Shown here piece by piece: positions 13,050 to 25,799 of a stretch of DNA of 64,000 nucleotides. Position 1 is the first letter of the stretch, and each line of letters begins with the position of its first letter. The notes beneath the pieces were generated by a model. It saw only the letters and a program-made list of their open reading frames with translations. It made no database searches and was not told the DNA's origin. Both the position numbers and the translations under genes were made by a program. Source of the DNA: Raillietiella orientalis (taxonomy: Eukaryota); the NCBI GenBank assembly GCA_036172245.1, contig JAYWIR010000010.1:868001-932000 (forward strand), written 5' to 3'.

Positions 13050-13930
13050 CTGAACATCTTGCAGAGGAGCCGACAACACTGAAGCGCGTGTCGAGGAGCA
13101 AACCGTGGGAGATGACAACCTTAGTTGGTACGAGGATGCAGCTGGTAACGATCGCCCTGAAGAATTCGACCCTCTTATTTACTAGTGAGCCCCCTCGCAA
13201 AGTGAGAACCTCCACAACCCGTGCCGCTTCTCGTTTGACCTCCGCGGCCCCCTGAATACGGAGGAGCCGCCGTGGAATAGCAGAACCCCCGTCCCAGCTT
13301 CTTCGAAGAGATCTTCTCAAGTGCTACATCTGGTGCGCCCCCAGGATCAACGGACGAAAGCATCCCACAACCATACGTCCCGTCAAAAGAGATCCAGCTT
13401 CCTGGAACATCCAACTCGCGAATGATGCTATGATACCGTGAATCGGCAATATCAGCCTCGTTTCCGTTCATTCTGTATACGAGCTCCCTCCAAAGGAGCA
13501 ACCCTGCATCTTTTAAAGTAAAAAAGACCTTTGTCCGGAGCATGTGTGGTATACGCTGTCGGTTTCGTGAGCTTCCGTTCCTTCCCATCACACGCCCATC
13601 TATATGAACGAATGCAGCATCCACTTCGATATTGATTACCAAAAACGTACCATCTTCGGTGAACCAAAAATTTCTCCCGGTTCATGCTCCAAAATTTGCA
13701 GAATCGACCGTGCTTTTTCATCCATCTGGCTAACCTCCATCGGCCCTCACGACATGCATGGCCACGCATGTATCGGCACACTCCATCATAATGACAGATC
13801 ACCACCAATAGAATTACAGCTGAAGAATAACGGCAACCTCTCAAGTTGTAATCACCACGGCAGATTCCAGGGTCGAGTAACCAATTCCGCGTCGAATACC
13901 TGCTCTCGGAGATTCCCTCCTCCCTTACTT
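13050..13930 (-). mobile_element. pogo/Tigger DDE_1 transposase pseudogene
   Basis: Frameshifted motifs in correct order: GGNLREQVFDAE (~GYLPEQVFNADE), ERLPLFFSCNSIG (~ERLTLL.C.NA.G), ARWMKK..F (~KAWMT..F), IEVDAAFVH (~LLLDNAP.H), PTAYTTHAPDKGLFYFKR (~PPNTTS..QP.DQG.I..FK). Confidence 0.7.
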
Positions 13931-13999
13931 TACGGCCATCACGCTCTTGGCACAGCGTCTCTTGCAAGCACCCTCCTCCGCGGCCATGAAAGTGCTCGA

Positions 14000-15830
14000 A
14001 CGTGCGCCTGCGACGGGCGTGTTCCTGTCATGTTGATTGCGTATCGTCTTGCTCCAGAGTGTCGCTGCGAGATACCTGGAACCCTGGAGAGGGTGCCTCC
14101 GTGGCTGCAGACCTGCTTCGAAAAGACGGATCACGAGGACTGGCGCGCCCGAACCAACTACCGAGGAACCAGGAGGCCTTCTCCTTCCTCCAGAGCCAAA
14201 GTGGCACGCCAGCGAGCCTCGGTGGGGACTCCGTCCTCGAATTTGCGGTCCTTCCGCGCCTTCTGAGCACAACAACCGTCCATGAAACGGCGGCCAGGCG
14301 CCAGAACCCGCGAACACGAAGTGGGGGATGGTGGAGCGGAGTGAGTTTAGCAAGATGGACACGGACTGGGGACGCATATCCTGGGTCGCCCGGAGAGGGC
14401 GAGCGCGGCGGTCAGCTCGCTTCCGAAAGGTCGGCAGGCAGACAGACAGTCCCAGGCGGTGGGAGAAATTGCAGCGAGTTCCTCGAGGTGTCCTCTCAGC
14501 GGCTTCAGGGTCGGTTTGCCCTCGTGCCCCCCCCACAAAGGAGCAACAACACAAAGGAGCAGTGGCCTCCCTTCTCCCGAAGAAGCGGACGTCGAACGAG
14601 TTCCTGTGCTTCTGCCATGGAGAGAATTCTCTTCGCCTTTCCCCGTTTGACTTCTTCATTGGATAGTCAGAGATGACCAGGCCGTACAAGGTCGTGTGTA
14701 CGGTTCGGCGGCGTAAACTTCGACACTGCACGAGAGCTGCCTTTGATGCGAAGGAAGACGTGCATTTACGAAAGTTTCCGAGGTCACCGCTGGAGTGCAG
14801 CTGCCCCGTGAGGGTGGGTACCGGCGAGGAAGAGTTCATTTTGGGACCCCCAGGTTCAACGTGGGGCATGGAGACATAGAAACGCGTGGGCTACGCTGAG
14901 TCACGACTCTGTGGGGAGTTCCCGGTCGAAGCTCCCGTCTGTCGGTCTCGGATTGGAGATAGAGACGAACGGTTCCCACGGCAAAGGACTCGATTTCTGA
15001 TGTTCCGGAATCCTCTGGTCCCCCTCACCATCCCAAGCTGTAGCAGCTGGATGATGGGAATCTCCTCGGTTCTTTTGCTTTCGCTGCTTTCTTTTCAGCT
15101 TTTCTTTCTTTTTTGGTTCTTCCGAAGTGCTGAAGAACCACTCGCCTCCTTGCGGGGGGTTCACGAAGCTCTTTGACGCTGTCCGAGACACCCGAGGGTG
15201 CGAATGGCTCTTCAAGAGATTTAGGGGTCAATCCGGGGGATCCACACTATGAATCCAGGAAGGCCCCAAAGGAAGCAGTCCGTTCTTCTCACTCTTGGTC
15301 GGGAAACCTCCAAGGGAACCATCGTCCTCGTTGTCTCGGGAGGGACCCCCGGGGGGAATCAATCCCCGTTTCTTCTCTGGAGAGAAGCCGCAATGGAACC
15401 TAACCGCAATGGAACTTGTTAGTGCTCCTCTGAAGAGAACCCTGAAAGGAGTAGCGCGCTTCTTGGATATCCTGTAGAGTATCCAAAAAGGTATCAACCC
15501 GAAGGAGGTATCAACCAGCTCCATGGGAACGCGATGGAAAGTTCCTCCTGGAGGGGAGAACGGTTCGATTTTCACGACTGGTGGGAAGCCCTGGAGGACT
15601 CCTTCATGTCCTGGAAGGTTCCTGGAAGGTCCACCTCCGATCCTGTCCAGTCAACGATGCCATCCGGGGTTTCCGGCTTCTACCAGTGCCTCTGCACCCT
15701 AGTCCACAGACCAACCAGCGTCATCCAGCGGGGGGGACTCGAAGCTCATGACGCACCCTCCATTGCTCGGTGTCGGTCTTTCCTCCGGTGGGATTCGAAC
15801 CCGAATCGCGAATTCGAATCCCACCGGAAC
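14000..15830 (-). mobile_element. Tx1 5' part: tRNA-like head (~15730-15810), ~750-bp 5' UTR and ORF1 remnant
   Basis: B-box GGTTCGAATCC at 15791-15801 (minus strand). The UTR is homologous to 42800-43380, 44980-46480, 50250-50870 and 59680-60240. ORF1-like RNSFDVRF at ~14590. Confidence 0.7.
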
Positions 15831-15949
15831 GCATGGCCGCCAACGCGGGTGGGTGGAGCGGCAATCGATGTCAGCAAGCCCGTCGAGTCTTGAGCGACTG
15901 GAAACGAGGGGGAAAACGGACGAAAGTAGGGGAGGTGTCCGTAGGTCCA

Positions 15950-18900
15950 AGGTCACCGGATGGGACGAAGCCAGGTCCACTTCATCCTCCGCCTCCGGAC
16001 AATCTTCTCCCAATCTTCAGATCGCCTTTCTCCCCGTCATCCCCCTGTCCTTCCTTCCGCTCATCCTTCAGCTCGTCTGGGAGAGAAGGAGGAAGACGCT
16101 CGGAAGCAGCGCAACTTTTTCCAGCCGTCACGCGGTCCGCTGCGCTTGGTGGCACACAGGTGATGGGGGCTGCCCTCGGGGGACACGGAGAACCCCTCCA
16201 GCCCAGGGTTCCAAGGACGACGCGCACCTTCGTCGCAGTAGGTGGGGGCCTTCCTACTCGGCGGCGTTCAAGGGTTGTATTGGAAACCGAGGCTCGTGTT
16301 GGACTCAAAGATGGCAAGCTGTGAGTGGCTAGGACCGAGCCAGGGCCAGGCGAGGTTGACCCTTGACAGGACCTGGGGCTGAGCGTAGGGCAGAAGGATC
16401 CTACGCTGACCCTGGCTCCTCCCGAAGTTTCCCTTGGGACAGTTGGAGCTCGTGGAGAAGGAAGGAAGAGAGAATTATCCTCCCACAAAGGAAACGGACG
16501 ATCTTGGCCTCGGGACTCAGATGACCTCCTCCTCTTTTTGCACTTGAATTCGCCGGGAGATCCTCCCCTCTAAGGCGCTGCAGTTCGGGATGCAGGATCC
16601 ACGCAAGCAGTCCACTTTGCCGGCAAAACCAACCCTGAGGGATGGACGAGGCCTTGAAAGAGGGGGAGCTCGATGAGACTCTCAAGGGGTGTCAGAGGGG
16701 TGTCGCTTGTCATGGGCGGCGAACGAGGAGGCGGGGATCCGCCAGGTTGCCCGCCGTGCCTCTCCTACCGTGTCAGCCGGCCCTGTACCGGTGCGCTCCT
16801 TCTTGCCCTCCGGCGTTCCGTTGGAAGAGAGTGTCAGGTTGCGACGGGTAGGAAGGTTGGAGACGAAGGGGGGCTTCAGGCACAACCGCTCCTGGTGCCG
16901 CTTCCGCTGCCGCCGGCGCGGATGGTGTGACAGGAGATGCTCCGGCAAGACCCTGGATGTCCAACTTGGTCCAGGAAAGCAGCCTTCGGGCACGATCCGG
17001 TCGATCTTGAGTCCCCGGGGGGCATGAGTTGCAAACACGTCACCTGAATCACAGCGAGCAGCAGCCCCCTTTTCAGCGCGCGGGAATGCTGACGCCATCT
17101 TAGAGGGTAGCCCCGTTTGTGGATGTCCGCTCTCCGTGTCATCTCTGGAGCGCCTTTGGGACCGGCGCGCCCTCTGCAGCGCTCGCCGAGGACAGGGCGG
17201 GCCTGCATGGAACGAAAGTGCGGAGCAATTTCTCGAGGAGAAGTGTCGCTGCCCACGCACGAGTGGCATCCAGAACTGACAAGAGAGTCGAAAGGACCAC
17301 GGAGTCCAGGGCTCGCAGTGGGGGGCACCTGCGCCATCGGGACGCGCGGGGGAGAGACGACGGCGATGCCCTCTTCAGCAGGCGGGAACAACGCCTTCTC
17401 GAAGACGGGGATGCCGGGTCGCCAAGGCAGGATCACTCACTCGTCTGTAGCGACCACATGCAACCCGCTTTTGCCTCCTGGCTGTGGATGGGCGGGCAAA
17501 GTGGAAGCGTTCCCTGCCTTTCTGCTCCTCTTGGGTTCACCCACGATGGAGTCGGTGTTTTTCGAACGGGGGAGGCGACTCACGCGGTGCTCCTGACGCG
17601 CGTCCCAGGGTTGCCAAATGCACCTTTCCGGCCCTAGGCAAAGCCAACGACAACCGTGTGCCCACCGCTGAGGTGGCCGCTTTACAGGCGAAGCGGAGGG
17701 CCCACCCCAACGCTGGCAGCCCTTCCGCCTTGGTCTCTGCTGGCGCTGCTGCGGAATGTCCACAGAAGCGGGTGGCTCCAGTAAGGGACCGCCCTCTTTG
17801 GGACACTGGGCACGGACGGGTTCAGCTACGGGTCCGTCCGTAGCCAGGCTCTGGGATGGACCGTCAGCCAGGGGCCACGGGGGAGTCGACTGCGCGCACG
17901 ACGTGCCTTTTCAAGTCACGTGGAAGTTCCTTGAGCTGCGCGGGAAAAAAGGGAGGAGGAAAACCCGCAATCCCTGACGGTCCTGAATCGGGGTGGATGA
18001 CGTGGCAGAGGCTCCAGAAAGAGCTACCGAGAATTCTCTCCCGAAGGTCGCGGACCGAAGAGGTCGCCGGACAAGACTACAGCAGCTGCCCGTGCCTCGG
18101 ATTTGGGGTACCTTCCAGCCGTCCCTTGGCTGGATAGCAGCGCTTTCGAAGCGGGGTCTTCATCAGATACTCGGAGGTCCTCCACAGCCCTCGTAACTCT
18201 TCATGCGGCCCTGCATCTCTTGTATAAGTCGCGAGGTGGCGCCATTCTCGTGGAAGTGGGTCGATTCTCCAGGGGTAGTTTCGAGGCTTCGGACGCAGGT
18301 CGAACCCGGCTCTACGAAACGACAGCTGACCAGTCGGACTTCGGGTTCCCCGCCGGCGTGGGCTCGGGGCGACAGCACTGCAAGAAGCAAGACGAGGCAA
18401 AGGAGAACCTGGAAACCCAGGAATGGGATAGGGAGAGATACGGAGAGGCAGAGGACAGGGATGGTTGAGTAGGGAATACGGAAGGTCGGAGGACAAAAGC
18501 TAGGGGAAGTATCCCTCCTTCCCTCCTCCGGAGAAGAGCTCCGGCCAAGGACGTTCGCGGCGGCCTCTCTTTTGGAACAGGGAACTCGCGTCTTTGCGCT
18601 CAGGCAGGTGACCCCGGGTGGCGGATGTGATGGGCCTATAGGCGTGGACGGGTTCCCGGCCAGCGCTCTGGAAAAACGGCGGCCAACATCCAATATGCAG
18701 TATGGCTTCCCTCCGACAGGTGTCCAGGCGATGGGGATCGTGGGGAATGTCCTGGAGGCATTCGACGTAAGACAAATTGGTGGGTGAAGTGCTCTCCCCT
18801 CTCCCAGTCACCTGAAGTGGCCAGGATGAAAACAAGGCAAACCTGAAATGGGTTCACAGCCGAAGCACAAACGACCAGATGTTCCTGTCTGACGGAGGAC

Positions 18901-19280
18901 TCAACCAGGTGGCGTGCGGTTCTCTGGGAGCTCCTTTTGATGAATGGAGGCTTACTCTGTGGGGTCCCGAATGCGCCCTGCTCGGAGCAGCGAGCTGAGG
19001 CCACTGATTTCCTAAGCAGTCAGCAGGGCACTTGACCTTCTGGACAAGTTAGGAACGCTGCAACACCCCTCCACACCCTAATTTCGATTGAGGGATGAGG
19101 TCGCAGCTGCGGTTAGTTGAGGACAGACGGTGCGCCGCCGGGATTCGAACCCGCAGCCTTCCGCGTGGCGCCGGGGTTTCTGCCGACGCCGCTTCTTTGG
19201 CCGAACCTCGCGCGAGGTTGCGGCACTGTCGAGGCGGGGAGCTTGGTTGAGGATCCCGGGCATCTTTTCTGGCAGAGGGC
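15950..19280 (-). mobile_element. Tx1 element remnant: tRNA-Gly-like head, ORF1, APE endonuclease and start of RT
   Basis: The order on the minus strand is tRNA-Gly-like unit (~19135-19190), ORF1-like region (~19000-17700), EN motifs VHLATL.., GVVPA (~IVPGR), LKIDRIV (~SRIDR) and LSHH (~SDH) at ~17630-16920, then linker and RAAPITCVP (~RRAVITLLPK). Confidence 0.65.
19133..19190 (-). pseudogene. tRNA-Gly(GCC)-derived sequence
   Basis: Minus strand ggcagaa..gccacgcggaaggctgcgggttcgaatcccggc versus the remembered tRNA-Gly GGTAGAA..GCCACGCGGGAGGCCCGGGTTCGATTCCCGGC. The acceptor stem is not intact. Confidence 0.65.
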
Positions 19281-19659
19281 CGGTGCGCGACGGGCATTCA
19301 AAAGAACGTCACTGTTGAGGCGGGAGTCACAAGCCATGAGATGGGGAAGGGAGGAATTTTCCATCGAGGAAACTCAGTTAGACCATCCCCTCCCTTCATC
19401 CCTCCATCCCGAAGAGGTTGTGGTTTTCTCGGGGATGACTTCACCGCTGAAGGGCTGCGGCTCTCGTCACAGCAATGACCACCCGTCGGTAGAATGAAAG
19501 CAAGCTGTCCCGCAACGGCCCCTTTGTAACCCCCGTTCCTTGCTGGCAGGGAACAACGGCTCCACGCTTGAATCCACTCGAGCAGAGGCACCAATGTGGG
19601 TCTGCCTTAAAATTCCCAAGGATTGTGAAAAACAAAGACATGGACTTACTCATACATAC

Positions 19660-19978
19660 CAATGTATTTTAATGTACATACTTATTCGTATTCATTAACG
19701 TGCCTAATATTAACAGCAATGTTATTGGAACAGGTATATTTATTAAGAATCAGTGCTATACATCTTATTAATAAATATATCTGCTTATTAGGTACATCAA
19801 TATACATATATATATATGTACACGTATGTACATAAATTTGCTTATAAATATATATATCAACGCATGTAATAAGCAAATGTATCTATTTTTATAATCTGCA
19901 TGGCATGTATTTATCCATCTTTACATAAATATGTATATGAATGTATATAATAAGACTAGATATTTATTATTTATTGTC

Positions 19979-20022
<44 letters not shown>

Positions 20023-20176
20023 ATATATCAATAATACAATCAATAGCATATTAATCTTATTAATAAAATGTATGTCGCCGAATCTGAATAAGTATATCAA
20101 TTCAAGTAATATTACTGTTAGTAACATGCATGTTAATAAATAGGAATAACTATGCCTATTAAAATAAATTTGTTTA
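19660..20176. repeat. AT-rich low-complexity tract with (TA)n core (~19983-20010)
   Basis: Direct inspection. Confidence 0.9.
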
Positions 20177-20180
20177 TTAA

Positions 20181-20996
20181 CACATTGACTGCCACGTTGG
20201 TCAGCTGCGACTGGAGATTGTTTCCACTATGGAGCCACGGTGGTCATCAGTGACCGGAGTGCCTCCAATGTTTAGAATAATTAACACAAAACGAATATCG
20301 TCAACCAAAAAATTTCTGAACATCATAGCTAACAAGGCAATATTATGAAATAAAAAAAATGCATCATTCAATGCAATTAAAGATTTTAATTAAATCATGA
20401 CGTATTGTGTTACAAAAATCAAGCACGGTGCACTGTATTAAAACATCTTAGGCGTAAATGAGGCCGGTCATCGTTTGTCTCCATAACTCTGAGGGGCAGT
20501 CTGCGAAGATTATTATAAACAGACTTCACAAAATAATCGTAAATACCGCTCTATAATCGTAAAATGAGGTAGAAGGTAGGAGGGTGCGCATCCCTTATTA
20601 TTATAGAAACGAGCAAACCCTGTTTACCAATGTCCTGCGCAACGCTTCCTCGGAAATTTTACGATCCTTGCCACCCCAACTAATGAGGACGCATTTGTCA
20701 AAAGAAATGAAGGGTTGCTGCGGTTGCTACGATTCCTTCCGAGGTGTGTACACCATGTCACGTGAACGCTGTAGAAGGTCGCTTTCTTGTACTGGTAAGA
20801 AAATGTCCAAAAGAAGGGATCAAGGGTGCACCAAGGGGTCACCCGTGACCACCGGCAAGACAGACGCACTATGGATAAGGGCATGATCTTACATAGCCGC
20901 ATTTCCTATTATTTTGTCATTACACGGTTAGAATGACGGAGATTCTCTTGTGGCTCCCGGAGAGCATCGTGCAAATCCGGCGTGGCAGTCGAAGTG
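20181..20996. mobile_element. Non-autonomous piggyBac-like DNA transposon (816 bp) with TTAA TSD
   Basis: TTAA at 20177-20180 followed by cacattgactgccacg, and cgtggcagtcgaagtg followed by TTAA at 20997-21000. The TIRs are 14/16 complementary, and there is a subterminal inverted ggagccac/gtggctcc. Confidence 0.8.
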
Positions 20997-21179
20997 TTAA
21001 CGTACGTAAAATAATTTTACGTGTCTTTTATAATGTTTCGGGATTTTGATCGGCAGCTCAAAAATGCGAACCTAATCGGCGAGTCGACGGTCTTGTCCAG
21101 CATTCAGTACAGCAGGAGCACTAGCTGGACTCTCTTTCCAGGACACTCCCATCAGCTTGCAGGCCTTCAGAGCCTCCTG

Positions 21180-21350
21180 AAGACTTGGAACAGTGGTGAA
21201 AACCACGATGCCGCGCGGGAGGCCGCGGGTTCGAATCCTGGCGCCCTACGGAGCTCTCTGCCTCGACGAGGCCTCAGTCTCGTGCGAGTGCGAGGTTCGG
21301 GCAAGGAGCCTCGGCACGCAGAGGAAGTCTGAGGGTTCCGATCCCGGCTG
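21180..21350 (+). pseudogene. Tandem tRNA-like head: tRNA-Gly-like unit plus degenerate second unit
   Basis: cagtggt..gccgcgcgggaggccgcgggttcgaatcctggc (21191-21242), with a second unit gggttccgatcccggc at ~21333-21348. The spacer is homologous to 19190-19245 on the minus strand. Confidence 0.6.
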
Positions 21351-22339
21351 TGAGAACCCGCGCGACAGAGTCCTCGCCCCAGAAAGAAACGCCCGCCTCC
21401 CTCTTTTTCCGGAGGCTACCGGGAAAAGCGGGAGGCGAGTGAATTGGATCGAAGGCGCAGGCGGGCTGGTCGGTAGAAGCTTCGGGAAGATCCCTCCTTC
21501 CTTCGTCCTGGGTCTTTCGAATAAGCCGTGGAACCGTGCGCATGCGGTCAAGCTGAAGCCTCACACCAGGAGTGGCTCGAGGATCGGCAGTGCCTCCGAA
21601 AGGAACTCGGAGAGGCGGAGGTGCCTTCCGGTGGTTCGCATGTGTGAAGGCTTCCCCCCACGCCAATCAATCCAGCAACGAAATCCAAGCAGGGAAAAGG
21701 CAGAGCAGAGACGGACTGGCACGCTGACCTGACCTGATGCGCGTAACTCTGCTTTCTTTTTCGTGCTTAGGGACGCATGCAATGCGAAGGAGGACCTCTG
21801 CGGTTCGTCAGGGCGCACTCCGCTGACCGCCGCCCTTAGCCATGCTATTTTTTCCCCTTCTTTTGTGGACTTTGGAACGCGTGGAACACCTCCCTGGCCG
21901 ACGCGTTCCCTCATGGATTCGGCCGATCCCCAGAAGGGAATGTTTCTTATCCTCGTGAGGAAGCCACGGCGCAGGGTTTTGCAATCGCTCGACGAAAGTG
22001 GCGTTTAGAGGTCTGCTTCCCACGAACCATTAAAGTCAACGGAAAAAAGCAGAAGACATTTGGCTGCTTGAGTTCATTAAATCATCGTCGTTAATTGGAT
22101 CGTTGATTACGCTGTTTTGATGAAACCCGGAGCTTTCCGGGGAAGAAGAGAAATGGCGAAACAAAAATTCTCTTCCGGGTTCGTCTAAGGCGCTCATTTT
22201 CTTTTTTTTCCTTTTTCCTTTAACCTTTGGTTAAAGCTCTTGTGAAGACGCTAACTTTCGTCCTCATCCTGGAGAATTCTGAATGCAGCTTACCATTTCA
22301 GAGACACGCGCCCGGATGCTGCTGATGAGGCGCACCTGA

Positions 22340-23942
22340 CCTAGTGGCAAGCACCGAATGCAAACACCGAAAACAAATTGCAACACCTTTCGACTGGATT
22401 AATGACTTGGATCCAGAAATCACATCGGTTCATAAGTGTCTCTCCGTAATGGCATCGTTAGTAGCATCGGTGCTTCCTGGTGTGACAGATCTATCCAGGA
22501 AGCGGTGGGCAACCATTTGGTCGCAACGGAAGTACCAACGCTTACGGCGTGCCGCCCCCTTACGTCCTCCCCATCGACCCATACCAATGCGGGCTTTCCC
22601 GTTCCGACCAGCCTTCATTATTTCTCAACCACCTCTTCCAGAAGGTTGTCGAACGCGGCAGCTCGAGGACGGTCTCCCTGTCCCGAACCTGGGAGCCTTG
22701 GAGGTGCCTCCAAGCGAAAACGGGCAATGGCGGCGCATTTTGAGGGTGCCACGGTGGTGGCGCCACGGGCGAGTCCTCCGGCAGGCCATCGGCTCATGAC
22801 CAACCACATCTTTCCGAGGTCCACGTCAGGTGGGGTGGTCCTTCGGGACGAATCCTTCGCGAGAATCGAAAGGCACGGAACGAACGGGCGTCCGCCTAAG
22901 CGCAAATCGAGTCGCGCCCACGCGGGCGCATCTGTATGTAGCTGCGTATTTATTTGCGAACGCTTGCGTACATGGGAGGGTATGGACGTGCACACGTTAC
23001 GCGCATGGACTGCCTTTGGGCTGGAATGTTCGCCCCTTGGTCCGTGACGTTTCTCATGGAGAGAGCAATGGCGATGTGTGGGGAGCGACCGGTACAATCG
23101 CGAGTGTGCGCTGCACAGCCTCCTCTCTTTCCGTCCTCTTTGGCTCCTCTTCGTGTCTCCCCGTATCCTAGGTTTTCCCCGTCTCCTGGAGTTTTGCTTC
23201 AGCTTCCCCAATGGACTCTGGACGCCGCAGCTCCTCGTGAAACGACTCACCTCCCCTTGAAGTGGAAGGAGTCGGCGCTGTTGGTGCTGCACTGGGGTCT
23301 CCCGTGCAACGTCCGTCATCACTGGACGCGGGATGTGTGTGGACCCCAACTGTGTCAGGTGCAGGGAGCGTGAATCCTTCCCCCACCTGTTCGTGGACTG
23401 TGTTGCCCTCCGTCCCCTCTGGGAACGCTTTTCCGCGGCCCTGGGAAACCCCCGGAGGCAACTCCAGGGACGCTTTCAAACCCCTCTTCGTTCGCGAAGC
23501 CCTTCGGCCAGCGGCCTCGATGGCAGCCCTTTGCTGCCTGTGCGGGATCGTCTCTGCTTGGAACAAAGCAACAGGAGGATCCAGTGATGGGGATCCCACC
23601 CAATTCGCCGTCCAATTCATCATTATGGCAACGCGATGGCCCACTACAACATGCAGCAAGACCTTGCCGACATCCTACAGAGGATGGACCGGACTGCCAC
23701 CAGCAGAGAGTGATCCCTTCCCGCACCCCCGAAAGTGTATTTATTTTTATTATTTTTATTTTTTCTTTTTGTTTGTCCTCCCCACCCCCTCCCACCGTGC
23801 TGCCGTGGTGGACCGCGCCGGTGTGCGAACCGGTGATCCGGCAGGTCTCCGTCAGTTGTGCGTGGTTGGACTACCGGTCCAACCACAGCTCTTGTAATAT
23901 GTTTGTTTTTGAAATAAACGCCCCGGAGCACCCGAGTGGAAA
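22340..23942 (+). mobile_element. 5'-truncated Tx1 copy: ORF2 C-terminal half, CCHC motif and 3' UTR
   Basis: WATIWSQRKYQRLRRA; WKESALLVLHWGLPCN; CVRCRERESFPHLFVDC (C-x2-C-x7-H-x4-C, zf-RVT-like); T-rich post-stop tract; AATAAA at 23913-23918. Confidence 0.85.
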
Positions 23943-23944
23943 TC

Positions 23945-24600
23945 GAACGGCTCGCCGACGTCTTGTTTTGCTCCAGCAAAAAAACAAGCCGGTGGATGAG
24001 GGACCTCCACCTCCTTCGGAACCCCAGCTGCCCATTCCTTTGAGGCCAGAGTGAAGCCGGAAAGGCCGGCAAGGCCAATGTTCCCTTCCCCACGACTTCT
24101 GTTGCTACCAACTCGCGAGCTCCTCCGTTCGCACAGTACCGCGTTCTTTGACATTGCCGTCGGCTTCTTCAGCGCCCTCTGCTGATCTGAAAGCAGGTCG
24201 CCCTCATCAGTCGACACTTCCGCATGGGGATCGAGCGGCTCCCCTTCAGGTTTTCCAGCTCTCCAGAGCCAGGTGCTCTCCCGATAGCCAGGGTAGCCTA
24301 GCCCTCGAAGCCACCGCCGCCTGTGGGAGGTGGGGAGCGCTTGCAGGCTCTCCCTCATGCTGCTTGCGGTCGAACGCGTGCCGAATGCTTCCTGTTGCAT
24401 TTCCATCGCTTCTCGGGCTTTTGGCTAAGATCAAAGTGTGCATCTACGACGCTACGACAATTCCCAGAATTCCGTTTAGGAAACGGGACAACCCGCTGTG
24501 GTTATAGCGACCACTCGCTGAAACGGTTCCCTCCTTCCCCGAGCTGAAGCCACCTGCCTCCGAGGCGCCCATGGGATCCCGGCAGTCTCGACTGCGCGTG
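23945..24600 (-). mobile_element. Tx1 ORF1 remnant
   Basis: HFDLS (~FDVTF), WLRGLG and GSNRSRG (~LG.NRG) on the minus strand. Confidence 0.4.
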
Positions 24601-25190
24601 CGCCAGCTCTAGAGCGCTGAATTTCCGTCAGCACCATGCCAGATTGGGCACGAGAAGCGCGGCCCTCCTGCACCGTTCAGGGGAAGGCGGAGGGGCAGCC
24701 ACGCAGGTTGCGGAGCCGGCCACCCATGAAGCGAGGGCGCCATCGCGAAGTCGGCGCTGAGACTCTCTGGTCGGGTGCCACGCGCTCAAGTGGCGGCGCC
24801 GTCCGGCGGGATGCCTCCATGGAGCTGCTGCTGCCTAACGCCACCGGACGACGCAAGGCGCCGGCGCTGTCGTACGCGGGGAAGCACCGTCTCGCGCTCT
24901 TCCTCAGCGTTCCCTCGCCGTGGAGGTCAGGATTCTCGGGATCAGAGGGAACAGCGACGGCGGCAAAGGGCAGGCTCTCTCTCCCTGCTCGAGTCGTCTA
25001 GGGTACGCACCCACAGAGTTCGGGAGGAAGAGCTGCCGGGTGCTGCGGTGCCACTTTCCGCGCATGCCTGGTGCGCTGCCTTCCGAAGTGGGCCGGAGGC
25101 GCCGTCTCTTTCGCCCAAATTCCACACTTGGGGTTTCTGCCGCCTCTGGTCCCGCGGCGCTGGCAGCAGCCGTCCGCCGGTCGGGGTTAC

Positions 25191-25602
25191 CTCCAGAGGG
25201 ATATCCTAGCGCAGGTGCTCCCGACGGCCGGCTGTCTCTTTTCCCGAGCACGACTTGGTTCCGCGGAAGATCCGGATGTTGTTGCTCGGAGACACTCTCC
25301 GCAGAGGAGCAACGGCGCTTCAATAGCAGCGACGAGAGTGATGGTGAAGAAAAGGGTGAAGGAGAGGAAAAGGAGCTGGCGTGACGGCGGCCAAGAGCAA
25401 GAGGGTGGCGACGGCAGTGCCAAGGGTTGCCGCATTCTGCAAGAGGGCGGAAAGGGCTGCTGCCTCCGCGAAGCAGCCGCCTTCCCTGAAAATGCCGTCC
25501 GTATGGGAAGAACCGTCGAGGGACGAAGCTCAGTGGCCGAAGTTTCGCTCCCGAGCGCGCGGACGAGCTTCGGGCGGCGCGCGACTCCGCGTCCGTTTCC
25601 AT
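25191..25602 (-). CDS. Candidate first coding exon of an unidentified host gene (ATG at 25602 or 25435; donor GAG|GTAACC at 25191/25190)
   Basis: Lies downstream of TATA/CCAAT-like elements and has a good splice donor. The frame from 25435 gives MRQPL..LLFLSFTLFFTITLVAAIEA..RAREKR (hydrophobic signal-like segment plus furin-like site). The frame from 25602 (gctATGG) gives METDAESR... No homologue recognised. Confidence 0.35.
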
Positions 25603-25799
25603 AGCAGCGCTCGGTCGCGGCACAGCGGGCGAGCGGCGAGGAGAGGAGGAGAGTGTAAGAGAACGAGCAGGTCTGGACCGCGCGAATTCTTGGCGGCAGC
25701 GCCGTCCTTCGTGATTGGGTGCCACCCGGATGCTGCGGATGCATCTCCGTGCCGGCGATCTCGTGCAGTCGGCCGCTCTTCGGATGACGGGGGAGCGCT

